The notes under the pieces: generated by a model | Database searches by the model: none | The model's input: only the letters and a program-made list of their open reading frames with translations | What the model was told of the DNA's origin: nothing | Shown: positions 46,251 to 57,170 of the stretch, one piece after another | Numbering within the stretch: the first letter of the stretch is position 1 | Layout of the letters: every line of letters begins with the position of its first letter | Position numbers and translations under genes: made by a program | Source of the DNA: an uncultured Verrucomicrobiae bacterium | GTDB taxonomy: Bacteria; Verrucomicrobiota; Verrucomicrobiia; Chthoniobacterales; JAFAMB01 | DNA: 64,000 nt | Assembly: GCA_963813025.1 (NCBI GenBank) | Contig: CAWEXO010000012.1 | Location: 96,001 to 160,000 of the forward strand | Direction: 5' to 3'

Positions 46251-46787
46251 ATGCCCAACCATCCTCGGCTCAATCACATCCAACGCGGAAAGATAGACAA
46301 ACTCGCGCAGAGGTACCCACATAACCTGGCAGAGCCTCCGAAATCACTGGAGGATGTCACGGTGAGCGCGGACAAACCTGTCACCCTCGGCGAATTCATT
46401 GAGGCTTCTGATTGGGACTATGCAGCCGTAGACGTAACCGACCGGTGGGAGGTTGATCGTTTTGAGATGGAGGATTTTTGGCGACATGTTGGACAATCCT
46501 CGGTTGTCCCGCACGAGCCGCGAGGGCTGTCGCCGGTTACGGTCGCCAAACTGATAATCTATGGAGTCCACTTGGTCGGAGTAATCTTCGAGAATAACAT
46601 TCGGGGGTTTATCCGTGAAGACCCTCGGATCGGACGCGTCATCGATTGGGCTTTACAACAAACCGCCTCACCCGGCTTTCCTGAGGAAGCCAACCTCTTC
46701 TTGCATTTCCAGATGTTGATGAAGCACCCTATCATTAATTCAGGTGTCCGAAACGCCGCATGGCATCACTACAGACTTCCCGATTGA
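46251..46787 (+). CDS. Hypothetical protein
   Basis: Protein-like ORF; start uncertain. Confidence 0.5.
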   Translation: MPNHPRLNHIQRGKIDKLAQRYPHNLAEPPKSLEDVTVSADKPVTLGEFIEASDWDYAAVDVTDRWEVDRFEMEDFWRHVGQSSVVPHEPRGLSPVTVAKLIIYGVHLVGVIFENNIRGFIREDPRIGRVIDWALQQTASPGFPEEANLFLHFQMLMKHPIINSGVRNAAWHHYRLPD

Positions 46788-46830
46788 TTCGCCATCACTG
46801 CGAAATGATATAGCCTTGAATCTATCAGAT

Positions 46831-47085
46831 ATGCCAGAAGACCCGATCTACTTCGATGTCACAATTCAACGCCCTGGCGTGAAACCTGAAAAATTGATCG
46901 TCGCCGCAGAAACTACAAGGGCAGGCGGTGTTCCAACTGATCAAACTTTTCCGATTGAGAAGGCCCTAGAGGTTGTCAGCCACGTCTTGGGTCGGACCGT
47001 TGATCAGGCCGAGATAGTCCATCTTGCACCGTGTTGGGACTCTGCACCAATTGAGACTACCGCGGACTCCTCGGCGATTACCTAG
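46831..47085 (+). CDS. Hypothetical protein
   Basis: Short ORF following the previous gene. Confidence 0.4.
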   Translation: MPEDPIYFDVTIQRPGVKPEKLIVAAETTRAGGVPTDQTFPIEKALEVVSHVLGRTVDQAEIVHLAPCWDSAPIETTADSSAIT

Positions 47086-47182
47086 TCTGGCATGCCGAGG
47101 AAGAGTGAATGGACAGTTCGCCGGTTCGGTCGCCGAAGCCTGAGGAGCCCCCACGAGCAGTGCTTGACTTCGAGCGCTCCCC

Positions 47183-47440
47183 TTAGACAACCCGCACCTC
47201 AGTCCCATCCCAGCTAACTTCCTGCACATCTCCGGCAGGACTCTTTAGCATAATCCTGAACCCCGAGATTTTTCCCTGATGGAATTCTTCGATCGCCCGC
47301 AGGACTGCGACAACATCCTCCTCCACGGTCTTCTTTCCGCGCCCAGTATCGGTAATCTCAATTTCTTCAGTCATCATGGAAAAGGTGAAATCTGCCTCAG
47401 GCTTCGAGTGACTCATCTGGCTTGCGGGATCGTCTGGCAT
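47183..47440 (-). CDS. Hypothetical protein
   Basis: IEITDTGRGKKTVEEDVVAVLRAI; protein-like composition. Confidence 0.5.
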   Translation of the reverse strand: MPDDPASQMSHSKPEADFTFSMMTEEIEITDTGRGKKTVEEDVVAVLRAIEEFHQGKISGFRIMLKSPAGDVQEVSWDGTEVRVV

Positions 47441-47798
47441 AGATCCTACTTTACACTACGTTCCCGGATCGAGCACGGCCTCACAGCAGACCAGATCACC
47501 GAGCGCAAAGACCGCCTTCGAGAACTCCGGGCTTTGCCGGATAAGCCAGATACGGCGGAGATGAAGGAGCCGTGATCGGTACTCAAGTGGCTTGCGGGGT
47601 TGTCTGGCATTGCGTTACACTGTGCCTTGCGATTCGAGCTGCATGTTTGCCTTTGATATGCTTGCAGATTTTAACCGAATCCGCTTTTTTCCATCAGGGA
47701 TGGCGGTCTATCGTTTAGCTCGTAGCGGAAATCGTCCGTCGTATAGCGCACCACTCTCGGCAGCTACCGAGCAGGGGACTCGCATGCAGCGACCCGCC

Positions 47799-48029
47799 TC
47801 AATTAATGTTGCCGTGATCATGACTCTGATCGTGGTCGTGACTCTGATCGTGGTCGTGACTCTGATCGCGGTCTTCATCATGAGTCTGGTGATGGTGCTT
47901 CTGATGATGGTGATGATGATACGATTGATGATGTTGGTCCTGGTGCTCGTCATCGTCGCGAGCTTGCGCCAAAGGACAAAAAACAACAGCGATCCCCAGC
48001 GTGACAAAAGCCATAAGTGCGTTTTTCAT
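47799..48029 (-). CDS. Small secreted His/Asp-rich peptide
   Basis: Signal peptide MKNALMAFVTLGIAVVFCPLAQA; poly-His and DQSHDH x3 encoded by an 18-bp tandem repeat at ~47815-47870. Confidence 0.6.
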   Translation of the reverse strand: MKNALMAFVTLGIAVVFCPLAQARDDDEHQDQHHQSYHHHHHQKHHHQTHDEDRDQSHDHDQSHDHDQSHDHGNIN

Positions 48030-48047
48030 GTTTTTGATCGTGACGGT

Positions 48048-48375
48048 TTATCCAACCGTGATTGATTGTGTGATTCCAGCCTTTAATTTCGGCATCTCCG
48101 CGGTAATCCCGCCCGTCGGCGCAGTCTCCATCGCTCGCTTCCAAACCGCACGCTGCTGTTCGGGCTCCAGCTTGGCTAACGGGTGACGGACGGATTCAGA
48201 GGACGGAGTGTTGCCAATTGGACAACAAATTGGCGGCAACCCCTGCCACGTCTATAAGTGGTGGGCATAAAATCTACTCATCCCCCATCGTTCCCGGGCA
48301 GTACTGCTCGAACGTACTGTATTGCTCGCGGTACAGTCGGGATTCCCGGATAGTCAGCACAAACGCTTATAGGCC
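48048..48375 (-). pseudogene. Phage/MGE-type DNA-binding protein remnant
   Basis: IRESRLYREQYSTFEQYC and PSSESVRHPLAKLEPEQQRAVWKRAMETAPTGGITA. Confidence 0.5.
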
Positions 48376-48590
48376 CTCAGGCCGATTTTCCAACCCACCC
48401 TCAATCCACGGTGCGGTCGCTTCGACCCAGGTGGGTCTGTCACGTCGAGCCGGATGAACCGCGCGTCGATCTCCTCCGCCGCGAGCTTGGTTGCGGCCTC
48501 GCGTCCGCCGGTTTCGTCGCGTGCGCCCCGAGGGCGACCATTCAGGTTTTTTTGAGCGCTCGCAGACCGTACACAATATTTGACAATATC

Positions 48591-49010
48591 TCAGCGGATA
48601 TAGTCCGGAGCCTTCCTGAGTAACTTGGCGAGCAGCTTACGTCGTTGGAGGAACGGTTGAGCGCGCAAGTCGGTTCCCTCGAGCCTGAGCAGATCAAAGG
48701 CGTAGTAGACCAGCGGGGTTCGCTTCCCGCTGCCGTATGATTGCAGGAGTCGGAATGACGTTTTCCCGTCAGAGTCAAGCGCAGTGATTTCGCCGTCGAT
48801 AACCACGTTTCTTACAGTTAGCAGTTTCCGGGCGTCGATGAGCTGGGGGTAATCGTTGCCGAAATTGATTTGGTTGCGTGAGATCAGCCGAACCTCTTTA
48901 CCAGCTTTGACAGCGAGCGCGCGGTAGCCATCGAATTTCAATTCATAGAGCCAGTCGCCGGACGGGAGATCCCGGACGGGGAGCGCCTTCATTGGCTCAA
49001 TGAATGAAAA
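48591..49010 (-). pseudogene. LigD-type ATP-dependent DNA ligase, adenylation-domain fragment
   Basis: FIEPMKA, WLYELKFDGYRA, VIDGEI, YYAFDLL; truncated. Confidence 0.8.
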
Positions 49011-49271
49011 GTTGCTGGCTGCGCCTGCTTCATGGAGAGGGAGGCGGGTAGGCCAAAAACTGGGCTCGGCTCTTGAGATAGGGACGGCCGCGTGGCTGGG
49101 CGCAGCAGCGTTTGCAGCGCCGGTTGAGGCCATCGGGAAAATGGCGGGAACGACATTATGCTGTTAGAAGCTGGCGTCGGTGGCAGCTGGTACACTTTTT
49201 CGTTTTTGGAATCTTCGCGCTTTTGGCTCGCGCACGAACTTCGGCACCGTTGTGCAACTGGGTGTTCATTG

Positions 49272-49710
49272 TCATTGGTTCACGCCAGCGGCAGTTCGGG
49301 ATCGGGACCCTTGGTCCATGTAGAGCCTCGCCAGATTGTTGAGCCCCGTAGCAACGTCAGGGTGCTCCGGACCGAGGGCCTTCTCCCAGATCGCCAGTGC
49401 CCGCTCATAAAGAGGCTCCGCCTTCGTGTATTGGCTTTCGTCTGCGTAGAGCACCGCCAGATTGTTCAGACATGTGGCCACGTTGGCATCCTCTGCCCGC
49501 TGATAAAGAGGCTCGGCCTTCGCGTATTCGCCTTGGTCTTTCAAAACCACAGCCAAGTTGTTGAGGCTGGTGGCCACCCCTACATGTTCCGGACCAAGGA
49601 CGTTTTTCCGAATCGACAGGCTGAGGCAAAACAACTGTTCGGCTTGCGGATACGCGGCTCGCGCTCGGAGAGATACACCCAGCTGATCAGCCTCTGAGGC
49701 GATGAGCATC
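49272..49710 (-). pseudogene. TPR (kinesin-light-chain-type) repeat fragment
   Basis: LGPEHxxVATSLNNLA / AEPLYERALAIWEKALG repeats. Confidence 0.75.
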
Positions 49711-49796
49711 TCGTTCACGCCGTCGCGCTTCGCAGCGAAGCTCGGTCTTGGAAGACCATGGTGGCTTTTTTGCGGGGAGTACTGACGCACTAATGA

Positions 49797-50627
49797 TTAG
49801 CAATTAGCGTGTCCACAGACGGCCGTAGACGATTGCTCACTCTGAGTGCCGTATTGTCCAACTCTCCATTGGAACGATCCAGGGTTTCTGGGCACCGCTA
49901 TGAAAGCGGACCATCCGAGTGCTCGGCGGGCAAAGCGGAAGTACCAGTCGCACCATTGCCTGGCTTCCTGCAAAAATGCTTCGTGCTGGGGATGATTTGG
50001 GTTTTCTCGGCCCCAGGCGTGTACGCTTTGCCAGGTTGAATAACAATAGCGATCCCAATCCTCAGTTGATGCTTCGATCACCGAAATCAGTGAGAGGCCG
50101 TGTCGATACAGAATGTCCAATAAATCCGACTTTGGTTTTGAGCGGGCGGGATCAATTCCATCGCATTGAGCGAGATCCATCGTGGCCGACTCGCGCAAGT
50201 AAACTTCCCCGATTGTGAGTAGCCCGTTTAATCGCAGTTTGCCTCTCATCCAATTGACTGTGCTTGCAAATCCACCCAAAGCGAAGGATGCGCCTAAGCA
50301 GGTGATCACATCATAGCCACCTGGACGAACGCGCGCTTCGCTCGCCGGGGCTTCAACGAAGTGAACGTGTCCTCGAAGATTTTCAGACGCCGCGGCTCGC
50401 CTCGCGTAAGCAACCGCCGCGCTCCTGATCTCAAGCCCGGTGCCGTCAATTTTCCAGCGTTTTGCCCACTGACGTAACAAAAACCCTTTCCCACAACCGA
50501 CATCAAGCACAATCGAACCATCGCGTACCCGACAGTGGCGGGCCAAAAGCTCCAGGTTTTCCGCGGAAATCGGTGTAAGAATCTCAGGGTCGCGCTCGGC
50601 GACAGTTGCATAGTCCAGAGAGGGCAT
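49797..50627 (-). CDS. Class I SAM-dependent methyltransferase
   Basis: VLDVGCGKG, YDVITCLGASFALGG, DWDRY. Confidence 0.85.
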   Translation of the reverse strand: MPSLDYATVAERDPEILTPISAENLELLARHCRVRDGSIVLDVGCGKGFLLRQWAKRWKIDGTGLEIRSAAVAYARRAAASENLRGHVHFVEAPASEARVRPGGYDVITCLGASFALGGFASTVNWMRGKLRLNGLLTIGEVYLRESATMDLAQCDGIDPARSKPKSDLLDILYRHGLSLISVIEASTEDWDRYCYSTWQSVHAWGRENPNHPQHEAFLQEARQWCDWYFRFARRALGWSAFIAVPRNPGSFQWRVGQYGTQSEQSSTAVCGHANC

Positions 50628-51593
50628 TCGAGTTCATTGCCTGAATTCAGCTTACACTCAAGTGCACAGTTACCTAGGATGGTCCCGCTCGCCTTGTGGC
50701 GCATCAGGAAGCGCTACCCTGATTTCTTCCAGCCTGCTAGCAGCTACAATGGTCGGCCGGCAACTTCAAGCATAGTCGTCAGCGAGAATGTAAGACTGCC
50801 TGTGTTTTCTCCACGAAGTGCATCAATGAGACGAATCAGTTCCTCGTTCGTGAGAAGGCCGATCGATACTTGGGTGCAGATATCGGCTAAGCAGCGACGA
50901 AACAGATCGTGAAAAAACCAGAGATAAAGCAGAAACTCTTATGAACGGAAATCCGGTTCAGTTCATTCCATCGGCGGTCCCCGTGGTGCTCAACTGGTCG
51001 CCGCGGGTATCGCCGTGCCCGCGGCCCAGCCTCCCGAAACTAGCGTTGACCGGTGCCGACAGTTTCAAGACGTCGATACGTGCATCGGTCGATGCACACC
51101 CACAGCCATCGACCGATGTTCCGAGTAGCAATCGGCCGATTCCTCCGTCCTTGAGCGTGCAAGCCGATGCGCTAGTTGCCGCGCTGAGTCGCCGAGCTCG
51201 CCGCCGTCGTAAGGGAAAATAGCTAGAAAATTCGAGAAATTTTTCTAGCGGGCTTTCACGCTCTCGGCGGGTAAGGTAGCGGCGGCTCGATAAGGCGCTT
51301 AAATCGCCTCGTATGAAATCTGCGAGATATTCAAACGCGAGACCCTAAAATTTCTTGCTATGAAAATGGGAACCATAATTGCGTTCTTTAGCGTCGTACT
51401 CGCGACGACGAATGCGAAAGTGGCGGTTGGTGAAACTATCGCCGAGCTTATCGCCCGCTATGGCGAACCGGAGAACGGGGGGGTCGAACTCACGCTTGGC
51501 TATGGTGCGTGGAAGACAAAGCAAGTGGCATCAGCGTTTTTTACGTTGCCAGCTGCGTTAGGCGCGGGCCGATAGGATGTATGAAATGGACGG

Positions 51594-52058
51594 GTGAACA
51601 TGGCGACACTACATTTGATGATTGGATTACCTTGCAGCGGAAAAACAACCTATGCCCGTCAGCTTGCAGGGGAGACAAATGCGCTCCTGCTGACCCTTGA
51701 TGTTTGGCACTTGAAGCTGTTTGGTGATGATAGCGGGCAGGAACATCACGATGAAAGACATGAGCGCGTAGAAAAGATCATGTGGGACGTTGCAAAACAT
51801 GTCTTGGAAATGGGCGGCGATGTAATTCTTGATTATGGCTGTTGGGCGCGTGTTGAGCGTGATGATTACAGAAACAGGGCGAAAGAGTTGGGTGCAGATT
51901 TCAAACTGCATCATATGGATGTTCCGTATTCCGAATTATATCGCCGTTTGGAAGAACGAAATCGAAACCGCCCTGAAGGCGTGTTTGAAATTTCCAAAGC
52001 GGAAATGGATAGATACATCACTATTTTTCAACCGCCGACCGGAGACGAGCTTGAATAA
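51594..52058 (+). CDS. AAA_33-type P-loop kinase
   Basis: GLPCSGKTTYA, DVILDYGCWARVERD. Confidence 0.85.
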   Translation: MNMATLHLMIGLPCSGKTTYARQLAGETNALLLTLDVWHLKLFGDDSGQEHHDERHERVEKIMWDVAKHVLEMGGDVILDYGCWARVERDDYRNRAKELGADFKLHHMDVPYSELYRRLEERNRNRPEGVFEISKAEMDRYITIFQPPTGDELE

Positions 52059-52456
52059 AAGGTGTACTGGTTAGGCGTGAATGACTTTTTGGGGGCTAAC
52101 CGGTTGAGCTACATCGGGACAGTGTTAGTTGGTTAGTTGTTGACGTTAGACGCGCGCGCCGCGGCTCGCGGGTCCTCCCAATCGGGAGGGGGGCGACGGC
52201 TGCGAAGCGACCACAAAATTCCGCTAGACACGCACAATCTTTTTGCGCGTTACTACTGACAACCCCACGTGGCTCCTGTCTTACGGCGTGGTATTCACGC
52301 CGGTCGTGATCAAGGCATTAAACCAAAATTCGGCTGTTCGCCTAGCGCGATCCGAGCCGATCTGCGTTTACTAAGTAGATACTCGTTTAAAGGATCGGGG
52401 CCAGGCGGAATCAGGCAGTCGACGCAACACGAGACTGGATTTGAGCGAGGCATTCC

Positions 52457-52931
52457 TTAATCTCCCGAAAAAATCTCCGCACGGCGAAGTGGGTGGAGAT
52501 CAGTTTCCACGCGTTTATCGTTATATAGCTCCGCGGTGGCGAGAATGTATCGAGGTGCGACCTGTTGTAGCTGCTTCTTAATGTCATCGATGTCGACTTG
52601 GAGTGTTTCCGAGGCTGGCATTCCATGTGCGAACTTGTGGCGCAACTTGGCTAGTTTGTTCACGAGTAACCAGATCTCGTCATCTGGAGTTTTCCCGATT
52701 AGAGCCTGAACTAAAATCAACCTTGCGAGAAAAACCGTTGACTTTGAAGGCGGTAGGATCGCGAAGAGCCAAGTTTATGATGTCTTCCAGTTGACCTTCT
52801 ATCTCGGCATGAAAATCAAGCACCGCACTCTTGAAGAGGTCGGCTGGTGTAAAGAACAGAATGTCGCTCCCCTTGTGAGGATCGGACCAATCAATTTTGT
52901 GCTGATAGAGCATAAGCTTTCCGATTTGCAC
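52457..52931 (-). pseudogene. HEPN/MtlR-like helical protein, frameshift at ~52720
   Basis: Two overlapping ORFs join to HAEIEGQL...FSRK/LILVQALIG...LAKLRHKFAH (Rx4H). Confidence 0.5.
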
Positions 52932-53017
52932 GTTGGTTCATGACTGCGCCCGGCGGGAAGTGGGCGTTGAGCGCGTTTGGGGCTGCGGGCTATGTCGTTG
53001 TGAGGTGGGCACGAAAA

Positions 53018-53164
53018 ATGGGCGCTGAGGTCAAATGCGTGGATTCGGGCGACGCGACACGCGAGCTCCGGCTTAAGGCCCGAGAGCTCGGCGTGCCCGT
53101 GGAAGCCTTGGCCCAGGTTGCCATTGCCGAGTTTGTGCGCCAGAGACGACGGCGGAAGGGCTAA
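53018..53164 (+). CDS. Small RHH-like hypothetical protein
   Basis: ELRLKARELGVPVEALAQVAIAEFV. Confidence 0.3.
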   Translation: MGAEVKCVDSGDATRELRLKARELGVPVEALAQVAIAEFVRQRRRRKG

Positions 53165-53393
53165 GTGATGTGGCTGTTAGAATCCACCAGTGAGGCCGTA
53201 CTTTTCGACGGCCAAGCTCGTCGGAAAACTGTTCGCCATCTTCGTCTGCCATAATTGGCAAGGCTAACCAGAAAGGCGCGATGAAGCGAGATATGTTGGA
53301 AGCAAGAATTGGCAAGACATTGGCAAGACTAGGTTTTTGCGCTCTGATTTCAGACGGTTAGAATTGCCCGTTGATAGGCTCTGGAACTTGGTC

Positions 53394-53466
53394 TGCACCG
53401 TGTAGGAATCGAACCTACAACCCAGTGATTAAGAGTCACTTGCTCTGCCAATTGAGCTAACGGTGC
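53394..53466 (-). tRNA. tRNA-Lys (anticodon CTT), CCA not encoded
   Basis: GCACCGTTAGCTCAATTGGCAGAGCAAGTGACTCTTAATCACTGGGTTGTAGGTTCGATTCCTACACGGTGCA folds as a cloverleaf. Confidence 0.96.
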
Positions 53467-53611
53467 GCTAAAGGAATGGAGCGGAACATTAGGATCAGTT
53501 TTCTTGGGTGCAAGAGCAAATCGGCAGGCCGAACAGATCAGGAATTGGAGGAGCTTTCGATTTCATTACCAATGCGGGACAAAGACGAAGACTGTTTCGA
53601 CCCAGCGCGGC

Positions 53612-54076
53612 TCAAGCCGGGAATTGATGAGTTGAGGCCTGAACTCTCGGTGCCTTTTTGACCCCGCCTCTTCGAGCAGACCAGAAATATTTGGCAGAGG
53701 GCGAGGCTTTGTTCGGCAAAGATGCTTGAAAGGCCGCTTTCTTGATTTCCTTTTGTTTCGGTCTGGCAACCTTATTCGATCGCTGGCTCGGGACGGCAGC
53801 AAAGAGCAGCGTGATCGCGTCTTTATCGCGCCGATCCAGTACGCCGAGGAGGGATCCAATCTGCGCACGCAGACCGGTTTCTTCGCGAACTTCTCTTTTC
53901 AGCGCTCTCACCAGTGATTCACCGCGTTTGACCTTCCCGCCGGGAAGCGTCCAAAGTCTCATTCCAGCAGCCTGACGCACCAGCAAAACCCGATTCGTTG
54001 AATCTTCGATCCACGCCATCACGGACACTTCTTTGGTCGGACGCAATCTGGGGGCTTTTGTCGGGGCGCTGGGCAT
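53612..54076 (-). CDS. NUDIX hydrolase
   Basis: Nudix box GGKVKRGESLVRALKREVREETGL. Confidence 0.9.
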   Translation of the reverse strand: MPSAPTKAPRLRPTKEVSVMAWIEDSTNRVLLVRQAAGMRLWTLPGGKVKRGESLVRALKREVREETGLRAQIGSLLGVLDRRDKDAITLLFAAVPSQRSNKVARPKQKEIKKAAFQASLPNKASPSAKYFWSARRGGVKKAPRVQASTHQFPA

Positions 54077-54366
54077 GCTTCGTTAACCGTTTACCGGTGC
54101 AATGTAAATACAGGTGGCGTTAATCGCGAGCGTGGCCAGACACGGCGTTCCTGGAGAAGACAAAACAGGTCGAGCACTCTGGAAGTGGTGAATGGATCTT
54201 TGATCTGCTACTCTGCGCTTCGCTAAATCCGGGACAGCTAACGAATCCGCGGCCGTGGGTTTGCCGGGTTGATCGTTTTCTCGTTTGCTCCGGTTCATCG
54301 ACGCTTTTTCCGCGTCTCTTCGCATATGTTCAGCCAATTGCGGCGGAGAGCCTCCACCAAATGAAG

Positions 54367-54753
54367 TCAAAAAATGCGTACGGGATATTTGGCGACTGCA
54401 GAATCGACCGTGGCAAGTTCCCAGCCGTGCAGAACGGCGTGAGCGATCAAAAGACGGTCAAACGGATCTCGATGGACAAAAGGTAATTTTCCAAGAAGAA
54501 AAATCCCTTCATCTTCAATAAACCCTGGAAAAAACCCGGCGGCCTTGATGGCTCCAGGTAGCAGCACGGCCGGAGCCTTAGGCAGCTGCAGCTTTCCCAT
54601 ATCATATTTGATCTGGATTTCCCAAAGGGAGACTTGGTGAAAGATCCAACGAATCTGCGGGTCGGCCGCGGCGGATCGATATGCGATTGAAAGCTGTGGA
54701 CTGCCGGACAGCATCCAGAGGGCGATCTGGGTGTCGAGAAGGATCGTTCTCAG
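54367..54753 (-). CDS. vapC: PIN-domain VapC-family toxin; start appears to be CTG overlapping the antitoxin stop
   Basis: ILLDTQIALW upstream of the called ORF; SLWEIQIK; LPFVHRDPFDRLLIAHA. Confidence 0.88.
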   Translation of the reverse strand: MRTILLDTQIALWMLSGSPQLSIAYRSAAADPQIRWIFHQVSLWEIQIKYDMGKLQLPKAPAVLLPGAIKAAGFFPGFIEDEGIFLLGKLPFVHRDPFDRLLIAHAVLHGWELATVDSAVAKYPVRIF

Positions 54754-55001
54754 GACTTCAGCTCGGTTGAATAAAAGTCATCTTCGAAGTGTTTGAGCGG
54801 GGCGTTAAAGTCCTCGGGAACTTTGAGGACTCCTTTCAGAACACCAAGGCGCAGGGCTCGCGACTCTTCGGGCTGCGAAATCGGTCGAAGTTCCGCGACT
54901 GGACGGTTACGTTCGCACAGGACAATCACTTCACCCTTCGCGACCTTGGCGAGATACTTGCCGAGGTGCGCTTTTGCCTCGCCCAGATTGATCAATGTCA
55001 C
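54750..55001 (-). CDS. Phd/YefM-family antitoxin
   Basis: INLGEAKAHLGKYLAKVAKGEVIVLCERNRPVAELRP...VPEDFNAPL. Confidence 0.9.
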   Translation of the reverse strand: MTLINLGEAKAHLGKYLAKVAKGEVIVLCERNRPVAELRPISQPEESRALRLGVLKGVLKVPEDFNAPLKHFEDDFYSTELKS

Positions 55002-55193
55002 AGTATTAGACTACTTCTGGACTAAAAGAAGTCAACTCGGTCAATTCCCTTATGAGGATCCGGATTACAGCGAGGCTGAGTCCTGATGTCCCTTCGGGAA
55101 GAAGCCACAGTTCGACATGCCCGAGGCCGTCCGCGCTATCTGCGTCCACAGCGCAGGCTCCAGATCACCGCGTTTCATGTTCCGCGTTTGGCA

Positions 55194-55505
55194 TCAACCC
55201 GAATATTCAACCCGGTCGCGCTCATCCCTGACGCTGATCGAAGACCCGGGTTCGGCCAGGGGCAAAGTTGCCGTCCGACCGTCCTCGCCTGTGAGGGTTA
55301 ATTGTCCGCCTTCTTCCCGCGCGGATTCGATTCTACCCTCACCCAACATGTTCACGGTTATCCCTCCCGCGACTCTTATTCGCATCGTTGAATGATCATC
55401 AAAGATGATCACGATCAGCCCTGCTTCTTTAGATACAACCTTTATGGTGCGTCCATGAATGATTTTCGTCAGTTTCTCATTCATTTCCATGAAGGCAGTA
55501 TCCAC
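55194..55505 (-). CDS. Hypothetical protein (two beta-rich repeats)
   Basis: Protein-like ORF with upstream AGG. Confidence 0.55.
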   Translation of the reverse strand: MDTAFMEMNEKLTKIIHGRTIKVVSKEAGLIVIIFDDHSTMRIRVAGGITVNMLGEGRIESAREEGGQLTLTGEDGRTATLPLAEPGSSISVRDERDRVEYSG

Positions 55506-55724
55506 CTATCCGTGTTGATCTCCAAGTGGGAACACTGGTCTTACGTCTCGGCCGGGACTATTGCTCCCAAGAAAACCGTGGATCCAGACGTGATCCAACA
55601 CTAAAGGAGGTCAAGCAGGAGCTTGCCCCGAGCCGACCTTGGGTGTTGTGAGACAATCTCTTTATTCGAGCCCCTTTCGGAGTAGCGTAAAGACCGCGCT
55701 ACTTGCGACGCCAAACCGCACGAT

Positions 55725-56048
55725 TCAGATGATCCACGCCTTGAGGTCAGCCTGGGCGAATTCAGGCGGCTTTCCCGCGATCTCGGAAGGAGGCACGTTG
55801 GAAATCAGGTAGGCGAGCCGGAAAGGGCCGAAGCTCGCCCGGTGTGTGAAAATATTTCGGGCAATCGGGTCGGCCAAATTACGGGCAATTGTCCTGGCAT
55901 CGACCTCGCGACTGAAAGTCCCTTCTTGAAACCGGGCGATGCTTTGTCCGGGCACAAAGACGACGACTGTCTTGAGAGAGCCAGCGTTCGTCGGAGTTGC
56001 GGTTATTTGCACATAGAGGTCGGTTGAGCTGTCAGCGAGCGAGGCCAT
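55725..56048 (-). CDS. Hypothetical protein
   Basis: Protein-like 107-aa ORF. Confidence 0.5.
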   Translation of the reverse strand: MASLADSSTDLYVQITATPTNAGSLKTVVVFVPGQSIARFQEGTFSREVDARTIARNLADPIARNIFTHRASFGPFRLAYLISNVPPSEIAGKPPEFAQADLKAWII

Positions 56049-57170
56049 TTAGTGCCAGTGTTAGTGCCAGTGCCGGTGCGCCGCGATCATTTGCTGAATG
56101 GCTGTTATGGCAATTTACTATAAAAACTTGACGATTACTTTGCCGAGAGTCCCGGACTCCACCAACGCAAATGCGGCATCGATGTTTTTGGCTGCCATGA
56201 GTTTCCCGAAAAAAAAGCGAGCGCGCAACCTCCGAAGATCCAGACATCGAATTTCTTTTCGCCGATTTCCATCAACGGTCCAGTCGGTAACGCCAATAAT
56301 CCGGATCTCGTCGATCATGTTTGACCGCTAAGATCATGATGTCGCGGTCCCTGAATGTGTATAATATCGAGTACGGAAATTTCGAAACCGGCAGGCTCGC
56401 ACGCCAGGCTCAAATTCCCGGAAACGGTCCGGCCTAAGAATAATTGCCGCGATGGCCGTTTCGACGGCATCGACGAACCTTTCAGCTGTTCGGTCATAAA
56501 ACAAGAGGGCTTCGCGAAACTCGTCTCGAGCGTCAGGATGAAGCAGGAAACTCGCTATTGGATATGAGCCTACTACGGAACGTGAATGGGCCGCGATTGC
56601 TCAAGATCGGATACGCCAAATCGAGTCCGGAGAAGTGGCTCCTCTTGATGGCGAGCAGGTGCTAAAGGAAATGCATCAGCTAGCGAAGCAGTTGGCTCAA
56701 CACAGTTCCTTGATCGCGCCTCGATAGCAAAGAGCGCTCTGCCCGTCGGAGACCCGGCACCAGCGTGAGCGCAAAGGCTGCGGTTACTAATACGCAAACG
56801 TCATTAAATACAGTGTCCATTGCGAAGATCCCAGGAGTCGCTCATCAAAAAGAATCGTCCTGGGGGCGACAGAACTGCAAAAGAACTGCGGCATTATTTT
56901 ACTGAACGGTCAACGCGTGAGAGGGAATTGAAGCCAAATCTGAAACTAATCAAGTTAATAAGTTGACGGATTGGTTTGCTATCGAGGAGATCGTGTTTCG
57001 CGAATCTCGCGGTGAGCAAGAGTTCGCTTGATTGCTTCGCTCGACCCGCAGCGGATGCGGCGGCTGCCCGGTATCGCTCCGTCCCAAACTCGAACTTCGA
57101 GCGGAAAGCGGCATCGCGCAGTCTCCGCCACCACCTCTCCAATGGCTTTCGCTATCACTTGGATGATGCC

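Noticed and set aside
47592..48065. Very hydrophobic 157-aa ORF that looks like a membrane protein
   Set aside because: Reverse complement of the His/Asp repeat peptide; its hydrophobicity follows from the repeat
51550..52140. GTTAGGC motifs flanking the lower-GC kinase gene, suggesting an integron cassette
   Set aside because: No convincing attC hairpin with matching RYYYAAC and L boxes, and no integrase
52140..52220. GGGTCCT plus G-rich stretch resembling a phage cos region, loosely similar to 32560-32600
   Set aside because: No terminase or structural genes nearby; similarity too weak
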